Source: Mycoplasmoides pneumoniae FH | Lineage (GTDB): Bacteria > Bacillota_I > Bacilli_A > Mycoplasmatales > Mycoplasmoidaceae | Assembly: GCF_001272835.1 (NCBI RefSeq) | Contig: NZ_CP010546.1 | Location: 722,809-754,808, forward strand | Direction: 5' to 3' | Length of the DNA: 32,000 nt | Shown here: piece after piece, positions 30,532-32,000 of the stretch | How the letters are laid out: each line of letters begins with the position of its first letter | How positions within the stretch are numbered: position 1 is the first letter of the stretch | Made by a program: the position numbers and the translations under genes | The notes under the pieces: generated by a model | Told to the model about the DNA's origin: nothing | The model's input: the letters and a program-made list of their open reading frames with translations, nothing else | Database searches by the model: none

Positions 30532-32000
30532 ATGAAGATATCCTTCTTCTTGAAGAATTTTTCCACTAGCTTTTCCACCTCCTTGGCGTTCGCTAAGGTT
30601 AATGCTTTTTGTGCTAATGTCTGACACTCTGTGTAATTGAGCTTAGCGATAATCATCCGCGCCTTAAACATGGAACTAGCACTCATGGAAAACTCTTTGA
30701 GACCCAAACCTAAAAGTAGGGGAATCGCTAACGGTTCACCGGCCATCTCACCACACATTCCCGTTCAAATATCATTCACTTTACCCCCTTCAATGGTGAG
30801 GTAAATGAGTTTTAATAAAGCTGGGTTTAAAGGTTGGTAGAGATAACTAACATTCTTATTCATCCGGTCAGCCGCAAAGCTGTACTGGATCAGGTCATTG
30901 GTACCAATGGAGAAGAAATCCACGTGGTGACTTAAGGTGTTAGCCGCTAAAACAGCAGCGGGGATTTCGATCATAATCCCGAGCTTAAACTGTTTATTGC
31001 CACCCAACTCCTGGTGCACCTGGTTTAACAGTTGCTTGGCTTGCAACAGTTCATCCAAGGTAGCGACCATCGGGAACATAATGCCCAACTGACCGTGATC
31101 AGCAGCACGTAGTAAAGCCCGCAATTGTGTTTTAAAGATGTCCTGTTTGTCTAAGGTTAAACGCAAAGCGCGGTAGCCCAAGAAGGGGTTATCTTCGTGA
31201 GGAAACTCATAGTAATTAAGCTTCTTGTCCCCACCAATGTCTAGGGTGCGGATAATCACTAAATCACCGTGCGCTTGTTCTAACACTGCTTTGTAAGCCT
31301 GGTACTGCGTTTCTTCATCGGGTCATTCTTGACTGTTCATGTAGAGGAACTCAGTGCGGAATAAACCAACCCCGTTGGTATTGTACTGACATGCCAATTC
31401 CATGTCTTTCACATTACCAATGTTAGCAGCCACCACAACCGCATGACCATCTAAAGTCACGGTTTCCTTGTTGGTGTACTGCTTGAGTTCTTGTTGGTAT
31501 TTTTCTTCCAACGCTTTTTGTTTCTTCCACTCGGTAGTGTCCTTGGAGTTTAGGTCTAAGCCAGCTATTCCTTTGCGCCCATCAACCCCAACTATTTGAC
31601 CGTCTTTGACCTTAGTAGTAATGCCCTTAATGCCCACCACTGCGGGAATTTCCAGTGAACGCGCCATAATGGCAGCGTGACTGGTACGACCACCTATTTC
31701 GGTTAAAAAACCCTTGACGTATTTTTTGTTAAGGGTAGCAGTTTGACTCGGCGTTAAGTCATGGGCCACAATAATGACATCACTCTTAATCTTGACCAGG
31801 TCATGTGGTTTTTGTCCGGTTAAATAAGCTAATAAGCGTTGGCGCAAGTCCAAAATGTCTGCAGCACGTTCCTGGAAATACTTGTCCTGCATTTGGCTAA
31901 ACATGGTAGCCGTTTGGCTAAAGACAGTGTCCACGGCTATAACAGGATGAACATTTTGCGCTAACTGTTGTTCTAGTTGCTCGGTGATCGTGGGATCGTT
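30528..32000 (-). CDS. ptsI: phosphoenolpyruvate-protein phosphotransferase (PTS enzyme I); N-terminus beyond window end
   Basis: Three same-frame track ORFs (30528-30758, 30765-31286, 31323-31934) join via TGA. Contains the phospho-His motif [21 protein letters not shown] and the PEP-utilising motifs [12 protein letters not shown] and CGEMAG. Confidence 0.94.

Overview
This is a mollicute chromosome segment, almost certainly Mycoplasma (Mycoplasmoides) pneumoniae or a very close relative. It reads UGA as Trp (table 4). From memory, the gene order matches the atp operon to ptsI stretch of strain M129 (about MPN600-MPN627). The supplied ORF track uses the standard code, so most genes appear cut at TGA. 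I re-joined same-frame fragments by hand translation. This moved several 3' ends (eno, pstA, pstS, rplM, dnaX, deaD) and 5' ends (atpB, pstB, sigma factor, paralog B). Minus-strand order: atpA (partial), atpH, atpF, atpE, atpB, small membrane protein, eno. Then msrA (+), followed on the minus strand by phoU, pstB, fused pstCA and pstS lipoprotein. Next is an accessory block: two tandem collinear paralogs encoding large signal-peptide / C-terminal-TM proteins of unknown function, both interrupted, and an orphan hsdS. The hsdS has a 12-bp (ELSA)n repeat and a frame break. Housekeeping genes then resume on the minus strand: rpsI, rplM, dnaX, uvrA, an 839-aa unknown protein, an RNase J-like protein and rpsO. 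A divergent plus-strand set follows: DEAD-box helicase, rpmB, osmC-like, a strong terminator and a small MG428/sigma-20-like factor. This set converges on ptsI (-, partial). I recognised no rRNA, tRNA, CRISPR array or IS element. The best leads are the interrupted paralog pair (10.9-16.1 kb), the repeat-bearing frameshifted hsdS beside it, and the alternative sigma factor with one exact match to its remembered promoter consensus inside pstS. Other leads are an RNase J paralog lacking the metal-binding His/Asp motif and an in-phase U7 slippery run in dnaX. All calls rest on manual translation and motif recognition; no database search was possible.
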